From: Bacillota bacterium
GTDB lineage: Bacteria; Bacillota; Limnochordia; DTU080
Direction of reading: 5' to 3'
Length of the DNA: 64,000 bases
NCBI GenBank assembly: GCA_012840225.1
Contig: DULU01000066.1
Span: forward strand, 45,226 to 109,225
Shown here piece by piece: positions 28,430 through 37,691 of the stretch; the stretch's first letter is position 1, and each line of letters opens with the position of its first letter. Below the pieces are notes generated by a model, which did no database searches, was not told the DNA's origin, and was given only the letters and a program-made list of their open reading frames with translations. A program made the translations under genes and the position numbers.

Positions 28430-29476
28430 TTGCGTAAAAGTGTGATTCGGCTAAAGGATATTGCCCAGGCTTGCCATGTCTCTATTTCCACCGTTTCCCG
28501 GGCTTTGCGGGGAGATCCGCAAATTGCCGAGGAGACGCGTCTGCGTATTCAGGCGGAAGCCCGGCGCCAGCAATACAAAATCGATAAAAGCCGAGCCGTG
28601 AAAGAGCGGGAACCGGCCGGCCGCGGCTATGAAGACAGCTCCGGTTTAAGACGGCTGGTCGTGCTCATGCACGGCGAAAACATCCAACCATTTTTTGCGG
28701 AGACGTTGATAGAGATTGCGCATATCGCCGCCCGGTACCGGTTGACGACCGAATTTGTGCAAGCCAGAAGGGTGGATACCGTGGCGGCTTGCTTCGAGAA
28801 GGGGATGGCTGCACATCCCGATGCCATACTGTTTATCACCTGGTTGGATTCGGATGAGATAGACGTGGCGGTGATCCGCTCGTGCCGCGTGCCGGTCGTG
28901 CTTTTCAATCGGCATATTCCCGGAATAAGCAACGCCGTCACTCTGGACGATTTTGCCGCCGGAGTGCAGATGGCCCGTTACTTATATGATTTGGGTCATC
29001 GGCGCATCGCCCACCTGGCCGGGCCGGAAAACTCGTCCGCCGTGCGGGAGCGGGCCTGGGGTCTGCGCAGCGAGCTGGAACGTCTGGGCTGCTACGATCC
29101 GGAACTGTTTGAGCAGGTGCAATGCAGCCGGTATGTGGAGTCACTGCAGGAAGGTGTCAATAAGTTCATCAACATGGCTGCACCGGCGACGGCCATATGG
29201 GCGTATAACGATGCGGCAGCCGCCGTGGTGCTGAGCGCCGTGCATGCGGCCGGGCTCGCTGTGCCTGATGATATTTCTGTGGCCGGTTACGACTTTATGG
29301 CTCAGGTCGGCGATTTGAACCTCACTACCTTCGATTACCGCTTCGCGGCGATGGGACGGGTGGCGGTAAAGATGGTGACCGATCTGCTCATGGGCGATAT
29401 TGCGGGCCCATTGCGTTACTGCGTCGTTCCGACGCTCGTGGTGGGCGCAACCACTGGACCCGCTAAATTATCGTAA
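28430..29476 (+). CDS. LacI-family transcriptional regulator
   Basis: N-terminal HTH IRLKDIAQACHVSISTVSRALRG followed by a periplasmic-binding-fold effector domain. TTG 28430 is preceded by GAGGAGG 6 nt upstream. The track ORF starts at 28370. Confidence 0.8.
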   Translation: MRKSVIRLKDIAQACHVSISTVSRALRGDPQIAEETRLRIQAEARRQQYKIDKSRAVKEREPAGRGYEDSSGLRRLVVLMHGENIQPFFAETLIEIAHIAARYRLTTEFVQARRVDTVAACFEKGMAAHPDAILFITWLDSDEIDVAVIRSCRVPVVLFNRHIPGISNAVTLDDFAAGVQMARYLYDLGHRRIAHLAGPENSSAVRERAWGLRSELERLGCYDPELFEQVQCSRYVESLQEGVNKFINMAAPATAIWAYNDAAAAVVLSAVHAAGLAVPDDISVAGYDFMAQVGDLNLTTFDYRFAAMGRVAVKMVTDLLMGDIAGPLRYCVVPTLVVGATTGPAKLS

Positions 29477-29492
29477 TAAAAGGGGGATATGT

Positions 29493-30746
29493 ATGCGATT
29501 GACAAAGTTGACGGCGGCGTTATGCATGTTGGTGGTGTTGTTCAATATCGGTGCAGCTGCGGCGGAAACAACCAGATTGACTTTTTATTTCTGCTGCGCA
29601 CAAAAAGAACGGGCGGATATGTTCAATCGTTGGGCGCGTGATTTTGAGGCGGAAAACCCTGGTGTGATAGTGGAAGCGTTGTATCCGGTAGTCTCTGGAG
29701 AAAACTATTACGACAAAGTCAAGGTAGCCATTGCCAGCGATATGGCGCCCGACGTGATCTGGTCCGGCCTCGGGTTGTGGGGTTTTGCCGATCTGCTCTT
29801 GCCGCTGGACGACCTTTACGCCTCGGATCCCAACATCCGGGAGATCGTGCCGGCTATGATCAACAACCACCGTTGGCAAGGTCGCCTGATCGCCGTGCCG
29901 TTCGGTGTCAACGCCCATGTGGCTTACTACAACAAAGACTTATTGGGTGCCGCCGGTGTCATCATGCCGCCGGACTGGTCGTGGGATGAAGCGCTGGTCA
30001 TGACCAAGAAGATGACGCAGGACACCAACGGGGACCAGATCCCGGATATCTGGGGCATGGCTTTCAGCGAATCGGCGCATGCCCTGAACTATGGCGGCAA
30101 TGTGTATTCGGATGATATGCGCCGGGTGTTGATCGACAATCCGGTCACTATCGCCGGCATCCAGTTGACCTCCGATCTCATGACCGGCAAGATCGGCGGC
30201 TATTACCAATTGTCTTCGCCGGCGGTCTCGGCAGCCTTCTTAAACGGCATCATCGGTGTTCATACCAGAGGCGTGTTCGATATTCCGACTGTCAGGAATA
30301 ACGCCAAATTCGACTGGGATGTGACCACCTATCCCAAGCTGGTGCTGGATGGCCAGGAATACCGCACCGCCTACTTCTCCCAGGAAACCTGGACCATCTA
30401 CAAAGGCACCAAGCATCCGGATCTGGCCAAGAAATTTGTCAGCTTCATCATGCAAAGGGAGCGGATGGGTGAATTCGCCCAGCTTGGAGCGGTTATACCC
30501 ACTCAGCCCAGCGTGGCGGTCCGCTACTTCCTGAACGTCTCCACCCCTTCGAATATGAAGGCGTTCACCGATACACTCAACTGGTATAAAAATTCGGAGC
30601 GGCAGAACCCTGCCGGCTTGGTTATCGACAGCTTCCAAACCTGGAAAGATATCATCGCAGGCAGAATGTCGGCGGCCATCGGTGTGCCTGAGCTCGCCCG
30701 GCAAATGCAAGCCTTCCTCGATGATTACTGGAAAAACCGCAAGTAA
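29493..30746 (+). CDS. ABC transporter substrate-binding protein, family 1 (carbohydrate type)
   Basis: Signal peptide MRLTKLTAALCMLVVLFNIGAAAA, then …MAPDVIWSGLG… and C-terminal SBP motifs. AAAGGGGGA RBS. Confidence 0.85.
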   Translation: MRLTKLTAALCMLVVLFNIGAAAAETTRLTFYFCCAQKERADMFNRWARDFEAENPGVIVEALYPVVSGENYYDKVKVAIASDMAPDVIWSGLGLWGFADLLLPLDDLYASDPNIREIVPAMINNHRWQGRLIAVPFGVNAHVAYYNKDLLGAAGVIMPPDWSWDEALVMTKKMTQDTNGDQIPDIWGMAFSESAHALNYGGNVYSDDMRRVLIDNPVTIAGIQLTSDLMTGKIGGYYQLSSPAVSAAFLNGIIGVHTRGVFDIPTVRNNAKFDWDVTTYPKLVLDGQEYRTAYFSQETWTIYKGTKHPDLAKKFVSFIMQRERMGEFAQLGAVIPTQPSVAVRYFLNVSTPSNMKAFTDTLNWYKNSERQNPAGLVIDSFQTWKDIIAGRMSAAIGVPELARQMQAFLDDYWKNRK

Positions 30747-30860
30747 ACAGCTGACAAAATAGCATGCAAAAATAGTATGTATAATGTTACGAACAGCTCC
30801 GGCATCCTCCTCCGGAGCTGTTCGTATTCCTGCAGACAGACAGGTCGGCCGGCGGCAGCA

Positions 30861-32705
30861 CTAGCTTGACTTGCCGGTGGCTTGGCCATCCGTTTCCATC
30901 GTCCAGGAGAGTTCATATAGGCGGGCATAATGGCCGCCCAAAGCCAGGAGGTCCTCGTGCCTCCCCTTCTCGATGATACGGCCGTTGTCCAGCACGAGGA
31001 TCAGATCGGCATGCTGGATGGTGGAGAGGCGGTGGGCGATGATCAAAGTGGTGCGCTCCTGGGAGATGCGCTTCAGCGCCGCCTGTACCAGGCTTTCGGT
31101 TTCCGTGTCGATATGGGCGGTAGCTTCGTCCAGGATCAGCACCGCCGGGTTGTGCGCCAGAGCTCTGGCAAAGCTGATCAGCTGGCGCTGGCCGGTGGAG
31201 AGGGTTAACCCGCCTTCATATAGCTTTTCGTAATAGCCGTCCGGCAGGCTTTCGATAAAGTCATGAATGCCGACGGCTTTGGCCGCGTTGCGCACCTCTT
31301 CCTCGCTGATGTCCGGGCGGCCCAGCCGGATGTTGTCGAGGATGGTGCCGGCAAAGAGAAACACATCCTGCTGCACGACGGCGATTTGCCGCCGCAGCTC
31401 ATGCTGGGTGACGTGGCGCACATCGATGCCGTCGATCAGGATCCGCCCTTTCTGCACATCATAAAGGCGGCTGATGAGATTGATGATCGAGCTTTTGCCG
31501 GCACCGGTGGCGCCGACGAAAGCCACCGTCTGCCCGGGTGCCACCGCAAAGCTGATATCCTTCAGCACCCAGTTATCCTCATTGTAGGCAAACCACACGT
31601 TTTGCACATCGATGCGCCCTTTGATGCGGCCGAGCCTGACAGGTTGGGGAGGATCGGCGATCTTGGGCTTTTCGTCCAAAATGTCCACCAGGTGCGCCGA
31701 GGCGGTGAGGGCGGCTTGAATGGTGCCCAGCTCATGGGTGAGATGGTGGATGGGCTGGTAAAGCTGACGGATATAGCTGATGAAGGCATATAAAGTCCCG
31801 GCGGGCACGAAGCCGCGCACCGCCTCGCCGCCGCCATACCAGATGACCAGAGTGACGGCTATCTGTCCCAGGAAGGTGAGCAGGTTGCTGTAGGAAACGG
31901 TTAAAGTGATCTCCTGCAGGTTGGCCTTGAGGTAATCGGTATTGATGTTTTTGAAGTTTTGCAGCTGCCGCGCTTCCCTGGTAAAAATCTGGATGGTGCG
32001 CATACCGGCCAGATTTTCCGCCAGGTAGGCATTGAGGCGGGCCAGGTGAAAGCGGGTGGTATCGTAAGCCCGGCGCATGATTTTCCTGAACCAGAAGGCG
32101 AAGGCGAAGATCAGCGGCAGCACCAGGAGGCTCACGGCCGCCAGGCGCGGATGCAGGCCGAACATGACCACGATGACGCCGGCGATGACGAATATGTCCC
32201 GCAAGGACTGCACCAGCATGCCCGAGAAAAGCTGGTTGATAGCCTCCGTATCGTTGCAGACCCTGGTGACCAGGCGGCCGACGGAATTATGGTCGTAATA
32301 GGACAGAGAGAGCTTCTGCAGGTGCCCGAAGACCGTCATGCGCAGGTTGAAGATGATGGTGCGGGCGATTTTCTGCAAGAGGTTGGCTTGGCTGTAATTG
32401 AGGATGAAAGCGGCTACCGACACCCCCAGATACATGAACATCAGCCTGATCAGGCCGGCCTGATCGGGATCGGGGACGTTGATGCAATTGTCGATGGCCA
32501 CCTTAAGCAGGTAAGGCTGGGCCAACTCGGCGCCGATGCCACCCAGGAGGAGCAGGACCGAGAGGATAAAGAGCTGCCAGTGCGGCACGGCGAAGGCGAG
32601 GATCCGTTTCAGCAGGCGGATGTCGCCGGCAGGAGCAGCCGGGGCGGCAGCAGAGGCTAAGGTGGCGCCGGTGGTTGGGGGAGGGGGAGCGTACATGCGG
32701 CTCAC
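30861..32705 (-). CDS. ABC exporter, fused permease-ATPase subunit (heterodimer partner 2; MsbA/BmrD-like)
   Basis: Six-TM N-terminal domain, then Walker A GATGAGKSS, signature LSTGQRQ and Walker B LILDEATA. The start overlaps the upstream partner's stop, consistent with translational coupling. Confidence 0.85.
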   Translation of the reverse strand: MSRMYAPPPPTTGATLASAAAPAAPAGDIRLLKRILAFAVPHWQLFILSVLLLLGGIGAELAQPYLLKVAIDNCINVPDPDQAGLIRLMFMYLGVSVAAFILNYSQANLLQKIARTIIFNLRMTVFGHLQKLSLSYYDHNSVGRLVTRVCNDTEAINQLFSGMLVQSLRDIFVIAGVIVVMFGLHPRLAAVSLLVLPLIFAFAFWFRKIMRRAYDTTRFHLARLNAYLAENLAGMRTIQIFTREARQLQNFKNINTDYLKANLQEITLTVSYSNLLTFLGQIAVTLVIWYGGGEAVRGFVPAGTLYAFISYIRQLYQPIHHLTHELGTIQAALTASAHLVDILDEKPKIADPPQPVRLGRIKGRIDVQNVWFAYNEDNWVLKDISFAVAPGQTVAFVGATGAGKSSIINLISRLYDVQKGRILIDGIDVRHVTQHELRRQIAVVQQDVFLFAGTILDNIRLGRPDISEEEVRNAAKAVGIHDFIESLPDGYYEKLYEGGLTLSTGQRQLISFARALAHNPAVLILDEATAHIDTETESLVQAALKRISQERTTLIIAHRLSTIQHADLILVLDNGRIIEKGRHEDLLALGGHYARLYELSWTMETDGQATGKSS

Positions 32706-34522
32706 GAAGCCGTCTCACCTCCGGAAATAAGCTCCGGGCGGTTGGTTTCGCCGGTGCCGTATAATTGCATTTCATATATATCCCGGTAGGTGCCGGGGAC
32801 GGAGATCAGCTCTTCATGCCGGCCTTGCTGCACGATGCGCCCCTCGTCCATGACGATGATGAAGTCGGCTTCCTTGATGGTGGAGATGCGGTGGGCGATG
32901 ATGATGGTAGTCTGCCGGCCCAACTGCTTTTGCAAGGCTTTCAGTATGGCCGCCTCGGTCTCGGTGTCCACGGCCGAGAAGCTGTCGTCCAGGATCATTA
33001 TTGGTGCGGCCTTGATGAGCGCCCTGGCTAAGGCCAGGCGCTGTTTTTGCCCACCGGAAAGGGTGACGCCGCGCTCGCCGATCTCCGTCTCGAAGCGTTT
33101 GGGAAAGTCCATGATGTTGTCGTAGAACTGGGCCTGTCGGGCGGCTTGGACAATCTCTTCCTCGCTTGGCCGGTCCACGCCGAAGGCGATGTTCTCCCTG
33201 ATGGTATCGGAGAAAAGGAAGATATCCTGCTGCACATAGGCGATCTGTTGCCGCAGGGTGAACAGGGGCAGATCGAGAATGTCGTGCCCGTCGATGAAGA
33301 TGCTGCCTCTCGGCGGGTCGTAGATGCGCAGCAGCAGATTGGCCAGGGTGCTTTTGCCTGCGCCGGTGTGCCCCAGGATGCCGACGGTTTGTCCAGCCTT
33401 GATCTGCACGTTGAAGTCGCTCAGGGCCGCTTTGGCGGTGCCCGGATAAGAGAAGGTCAACCCTTTTATCTCTATGTCGCCGTGCAGGCGCTCGACGGGC
33501 ACCGGGTGGGGGCTGTCCTTGATCTCAGGCTTGACAATCAAGAGATCGGTCAGCCGGCCTAAAGCGGCGCCGGCCCGCTGGGATTGGTCGATCACCTGGG
33601 CGATGCGCTGCATGGGGTTGATGAGCAGCACCAGGTAGGAGTTGAAGGCGATCAGGGAGCCGAGCGTCAGATCGCCGTTGATCACCCGTATGCCGCCGAG
33701 CCCGAGGGAGATGACAAAGGAGATGGCACCCACCAACTGCACTGCCGGGCTGAAGAGGGCGGCCACCAAGGTGAGCTGCAGGGTGCGGAGCACCACATTT
33801 TGGGCGGCATCCCGGAAGCGGCCGAGCTCCACTTCTTCGTTGGCATAGGCCTTCACCACCCTGATGCCGCTGATGCTTTCCTGCGTGCGCTCCGAAAGCA
33901 GGCTGAAGCTGTGCTGTACCGCCCGGGAGCGCTGTCGGATCAGCGGCCGGAGGTACGCCACGATCAAGGATAAAAACGGCATGGGGATCAAGCTGTATAG
34001 AGCCAGTTGCATGTCGACCGTGCCGATCATCATCGATACCGCCAGGATGATGGAGAAGACGGCGTTCACCACGTTCAGCAAGCCCGTGGAGATGAACATG
34101 CGCACCCCGTGCACGTCGTTCGTAGCATGGGCCATCAGATCGCCCACGCTGTGATGTGTGAAATAGTTAGCCGACAGCTTCTCCCAGTGGGCAAAGAGGA
34201 TATTGCGCAGGTAAAACTCGAATTGCCTGGCCCGGCGGTAGACCAAAGCATTGGCCGCCCAGGACAAAAAGAGGTAAAGCAAGGTAAAACCGCCCACTAA
34301 GCCGGCGTAATACAGCGGCTCGGCGGTCGTCAGGAGCCCCTCGACCAGCTGGTCGAAGAAGGTGCCGATCACTTTCGGGACGAGCATCTGGCTATAATTG
34401 GAGGCGATGATCAGCAGGGCGGCGGCGATATAAGTCCACTTATGCTTATTGAGAAATCCGATGAGGATGGCTTCGGCCGTGCGGACGTTCGATGTAGGTT
34501 TTCTGCGCTTGTTCACCTTCAT
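32702..34522 (-). CDS. ABC exporter, fused permease-ATPase subunit (heterodimer partner 1; BmrC-like)
   Basis: TMD followed by Walker A GHTGAGKST, signature LSGGQKQR and Walker B MILDDSFSAVD. Confidence 0.85.
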   Translation of the reverse strand: MKVNKRRKPTSNVRTAEAILIGFLNKHKWTYIAAALLIIASNYSQMLVPKVIGTFFDQLVEGLLTTAEPLYYAGLVGGFTLLYLFLSWAANALVYRRARQFEFYLRNILFAHWEKLSANYFTHHSVGDLMAHATNDVHGVRMFISTGLLNVVNAVFSIILAVSMMIGTVDMQLALYSLIPMPFLSLIVAYLRPLIRQRSRAVQHSFSLLSERTQESISGIRVVKAYANEEVELGRFRDAAQNVVLRTLQLTLVAALFSPAVQLVGAISFVISLGLGGIRVINGDLTLGSLIAFNSYLVLLINPMQRIAQVIDQSQRAGAALGRLTDLLIVKPEIKDSPHPVPVERLHGDIEIKGLTFSYPGTAKAALSDFNVQIKAGQTVGILGHTGAGKSTLANLLLRIYDPPRGSIFIDGHDILDLPLFTLRQQIAYVQQDIFLFSDTIRENIAFGVDRPSEEEIVQAARQAQFYDNIMDFPKRFETEIGERGVTLSGGQKQRLALARALIKAAPIMILDDSFSAVDTETEAAILKALQKQLGRQTTIIIAHRISTIKEADFIIVMDEGRIVQQGRHEELISVPGTYRDIYEMQLYGTGETNRPELISGGETAS

Positions 34523-34563
34523 AACATGTGTACTTTAGGCATAGGCAGAGTAATTCCTGCCGG

Positions 34564-35457
34564 CTAACCCGTGAGAGGCCGTTTGAGGTCGGGAAGAGGA
34601 CGCACCATCACATCGGCTTCCGGCAGCAGTTGCTGCACGGCGGCTTCCACATTTTGCAATACTCCGTCGGCGGCGCTTAAGTGCATATCCTTAGCCAACA
34701 CCACTTTGATGTCGACAAAGGCATGAGCGCCTGCCTGCCGGGCCCTCACCATGCGGCACTCTTGCACTCCTTCGATTTCCTGCACAGCTTCCTTTATGCG
34801 GGAAGACAAGCCTGGGGGGGCGGTGTCCAGCAGGGCTTCAATGGTGCGTTTGCCCAGGCGCAAGGTAGCAACGGCCACCAGAACGGCCACTCCCAAGGCG
34901 GCCAGCGGGTCGCCGGCCGGCCAGCCCAGCTTGACGAAGAGGAGACCGAGCAAGACCACTCCCGAACTCCAGATATCGCTACTGAAGTGCAGGGCGTCGG
35001 CCTCCAGCGCCTGGCTTCTGTAGCGGCGGGCCGCTTTATAGAGGTAGTGCGAACGGTTGATGTCCACGATGATGGAGAGAGCGATGACGGCAAAACTCCA
35101 GGCATTCACTTCCACCAGGTACTGGCCGCTGTGCAGGCGGGCGGCGGCCTCTTTGATGATGATGAAGCAGGTGAAAAGGAGGAGCATGGTCTCCAGGAGG
35201 GCGGAAAAATTTTCCACCTTGCCGTGGCCATAATTGTGCGTCTTATCGGCCGGTTTGCCGGCAATGCGCACAGCCAGTGCCGTCATCAAGGCGGCCGCCG
35301 TGTCCAGTCCGGAATGGGCGGCCTCAGACAAAATGCCTAGGCTACCGGTGGCGAAGCCGACGACAAATTTGATTATGGTAAGGAAAACAGCTGCTCCTAC
35401 AGAAACCCAGGCAACCTGCTCTTTTTCGTGGTTGGCCGGGCTTGATTGGTTGCTCAT
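34564..35457 (-). CDS. Cation diffusion facilitator (CDF) family metal efflux transporter
   Basis: CDF TM motifs (SLGILSEAAHSGLD, HFSSDIWSS) and a C-terminal cytoplasmic domain. ATG 35457 is preferred because AGAGGAG sits 7 nt upstream and a terminator hairpin lies just 5' of it. The track ORF runs to 35580 across the predicted leader. Confidence 0.75.
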   Translation of the reverse strand: MSNQSSPANHEKEQVAWVSVGAAVFLTIIKFVVGFATGSLGILSEAAHSGLDTAAALMTALAVRIAGKPADKTHNYGHGKVENFSALLETMLLLFTCFIIIKEAAARLHSGQYLVEVNAWSFAVIALSIIVDINRSHYLYKAARRYRSQALEADALHFSSDIWSSGVVLLGLLFVKLGWPAGDPLAALGVAVLVAVATLRLGKRTIEALLDTAPPGLSSRIKEAVQEIEGVQECRMVRARQAGAHAFVDIKVVLAKDMHLSAADGVLQNVEAAVQQLLPEADVMVRPLPDLKRPLTG

Positions 35458-35690
35458 AGCGATACTCCTCTTGCCAACGGGCGGACCGTCAACAAAAAAG
35501 ACCCGCTCCGTCGATGTAAATTTAGCAACGGAAGGGTCCCACAGGGCGCCGTTTTGGATGGGCGTTGCGGCTGTGGACAACGCGGCGGCACACCTGCTGC
35601 TTGTTTATTCCGACAAGCCCGGCTGCGGTAATGGTTACCCGCCTGCTCCAGATGCTATTATATTAACAACCGTTGTTATTGGTGTCAAGG
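35458..35690 (-). promoter_or_regulatory. Promoter plus ~190-nt structured leader for the CDF / ABC-exporter operon (candidate riboswitch)
   Basis: On the minus strand, TTGACA-17 bp-TAATAT gives a near-consensus sigma-70 promoter (top-strand 35659-35687). It is followed by a long GC-rich leader with several hairpins and a terminator-like stem with a U-run immediately before the RBS. Confidence 0.45.
35491..35540 (-). terminator. Leader attenuator (intrinsic terminator hairpin) directly upstream of the CDF start
   Basis: On the minus strand, GGGACCCTTCCGT…ACGGAGCGGGTC (a ~12-bp stem) is followed by TTTTTTGTT. It ends about 30 nt before the ATG. Confidence 0.5.
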
Positions 35691-35952
35691 TAATCACGGA
35701 AAAATTATAAATAATTAAGTTAACTTGAGACTGATAATCATTCTCTGCTAGACTCAGGGACAAACGTATGCTCCTCATCGTGCCCATCCACCCGCACCAG
35801 CAAACGGGGGTGCGGGAGCGTTGCAAGATGTTGATCTTCAGGTGAATCCCCAGAATTGGCAATGTAAATATGGGTGTGCATTCCGGTTTGGCAACCGTGC
35901 ATTTCCGTGCTTGTGCAACGTGATGCATCTAACGTGTATGTGCGTTGACATC

Positions 35953-35969
35953 ATTGCACAAAAAGTGCA
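35953..35969. promoter_or_regulatory. Palindrome TTGCAC-N5-GTGCAA (candidate operator) abutting a TTGACA hexamer in the SBP/CDF divergent region
   Basis: Perfect 6-bp inverted repeat with a 5-bp spacer at 35953-35969. A TTGACA hexamer lies at 35944-35949. Several GTGCA repeats lie just upstream (35895-35940). It is about 215 bp upstream of the SBP gene at 36185. Confidence 0.3.
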
Positions 35970-36184
35970 AAGGACAAAAGGGAAACAGTAGAAACATGGT
36001 GAATGCATATGTGTTCAACTGCCGAGGTGTCGGACATAAGCCAAAAACCTCAACCGTCGCTTCGGCTGTCGATGCGCGAAAGGATGGTGGTGTTGTCAGG
36101 ATTATAGCTGCAAGACATGGACTTTACTAGGCAAAAGGTTTGTTGTCGTCCGGCATTTATTTTTTGTAAATGGAGGTAACATCC

Positions 36185-37462
36185 ATGATAAAACGTCTAG
36201 TAGTCTTAATGCTGTTTTGTTCGGTGATTTTATCTGCTCACGGTGCAAGCGCGGCCACAAACACCCTGACTTTGATGCTTTATTCGGATGGCGACAAGAA
36301 ATACTTTGCTCCGAGTATAGAACGATTTGAGAGAGACCATCCCGGAGTGAAAGTTGATGTTATCATGGAATCGGCGAATTATCAAGAAAAAGTGTTGACC
36401 ATGGTAGCTACCGGTGTTGCCCCGGATGTGGTGACAGGTTCATCTGATGGAAACTTTCTTGAATGGCTGCTGGACGGGGTGGTTATCGATGTCGCCCCCT
36501 ATGTGGAGCGGGATGCGGCCTTTTTTAAGGACTGGATTCCGGAGTATCGCCTGCGTACATATTATAAAGGTCGTTCTTTTGGTGTAGCACACGTGCGTGC
36601 CGGTCTCTACCCCCTCTGGTTCAACAGGCGGCTCTTTGATGCTGCTGGTGTATCGTACCCGAATGGTGAATGGACTTGGGATGCTTTCTTGCAGGCAGCG
36701 AGCAAAATGAGCATTGACACCAACGGTGACGGGCAAAAGGACCAGTATGGTTGGCACCACGCCTGGAAGACGTGGGTCCCCTTCCTTTATAACGGTGGCG
36801 GCGGCATCCAAGATCCTAACGACCCCGGCAAAATACTGCTGGATTCTCAGGCTACCATCGAAGCGTTGGCCTTTCTGCAGGATATGGATTTCAAGTACGG
36901 CGCGTCGACTCCCAACCACAACTTCAACGGCAGTCGGGCCAATACGGCCTTCTTTAACGGCAAGGCGGCAATGATCATCAGGTCTGTCAGCCTATACGGC
37001 GGCGCGCCTGAACATATGAAAGATGGCCAAACCCTCGGATTGGCCCTGGCTCCCAAGGCGCCCAACGGCAAATCTCACACCATGATAACCATAGGCGCTT
37101 TCGGCATCACCAAGGCTTCCAAAAATAAGGAACTGGCTTGGGAGCTTATCAAGTATATGGTCGACGAGGAGTCGCAGCGCTACCACAAGGTGAATACCGG
37201 CTGCCTGACCACAAACCACAAGATCAACCAGGAGTATTTCCCAAGTGGTCTGCCGGTGTGGAACCACGACAAGGCGGTTTTGCAGATGGTGCAACTACCC
37301 ATGTTCACCGTAGACTACATGATGCCCACTTCGGCTATAACCATTATGGAGACCATGGTCAATGCCGTTGTCAACAAAAACGAGATGTCGCCCAGGATGG
37401 GTATTGAGGCTTATATGCCGCTAATAAAAGATGCCATGCAGGATTTTTTGGCGAAACTATAA
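36185..37462 (+). CDS. ABC transporter substrate-binding protein, family 1 (carbohydrate type); lower GC than neighbours
   Basis: Signal peptide MIKRLVVLMLFCSVILSAHGASAA, then …GVAPDVVTGS… and C-terminal SBP motifs. GGAGGT RBS 7 nt upstream of ATG 36185. GC is visibly lower (about 50%). Confidence 0.8.
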   Translation: MIKRLVVLMLFCSVILSAHGASAATNTLTLMLYSDGDKKYFAPSIERFERDHPGVKVDVIMESANYQEKVLTMVATGVAPDVVTGSSDGNFLEWLLDGVVIDVAPYVERDAAFFKDWIPEYRLRTYYKGRSFGVAHVRAGLYPLWFNRRLFDAAGVSYPNGEWTWDAFLQAASKMSIDTNGDGQKDQYGWHHAWKTWVPFLYNGGGGIQDPNDPGKILLDSQATIEALAFLQDMDFKYGASTPNHNFNGSRANTAFFNGKAAMIIRSVSLYGGAPEHMKDGQTLGLALAPKAPNGKSHTMITIGAFGITKASKNKELAWELIKYMVDEESQRYHKVNTGCLTTNHKINQEYFPSGLPVWNHDKAVLQMVQLPMFTVDYMMPTSAITIMETMVNAVVNKNEMSPRMGIEAYMPLIKDAMQDFLAKL

Positions 37463-37691
37463 GCTAAATGGCGGTTTTCACATAGATCATTTCCCTAGCT
37501 ATAGGAGGCGTCGCTGGAGGAAGCGCTTGGCTCTGCCGGGCGCTTCCGCCGTTGCGGGCCTCCATTTGTATGGGCTTCCATTTGTATGCGGTAGCGGTGC
37601 CCGGCAGGGGAGGATTTTCCATCTATAAAGCCAATAATAACGTAATTAACCAGATTGGCGATTATTATGGGTATTGTTGAGGATGGTGGTT

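Noticed and set aside
34564-35580. Extended (338-aa) version of the CDF ORF starting at 35580
   Set aside because: The extra 41 codons span a terminator hairpin plus U-run and a promoter-proximal leader. A strong RBS (AGAGGAG) precedes the internal ATG at 35457. The extension is therefore untranslated leader.
35635-36130. Two small ORFs (97 aa on minus, 61 aa on plus) in the AT-rich intergenic region
   Set aside because: Neither has an RBS or a plausible start context. Their composition is atypical and the region is better explained as promoter, leader and operator DNA. A small protein cannot be excluded.
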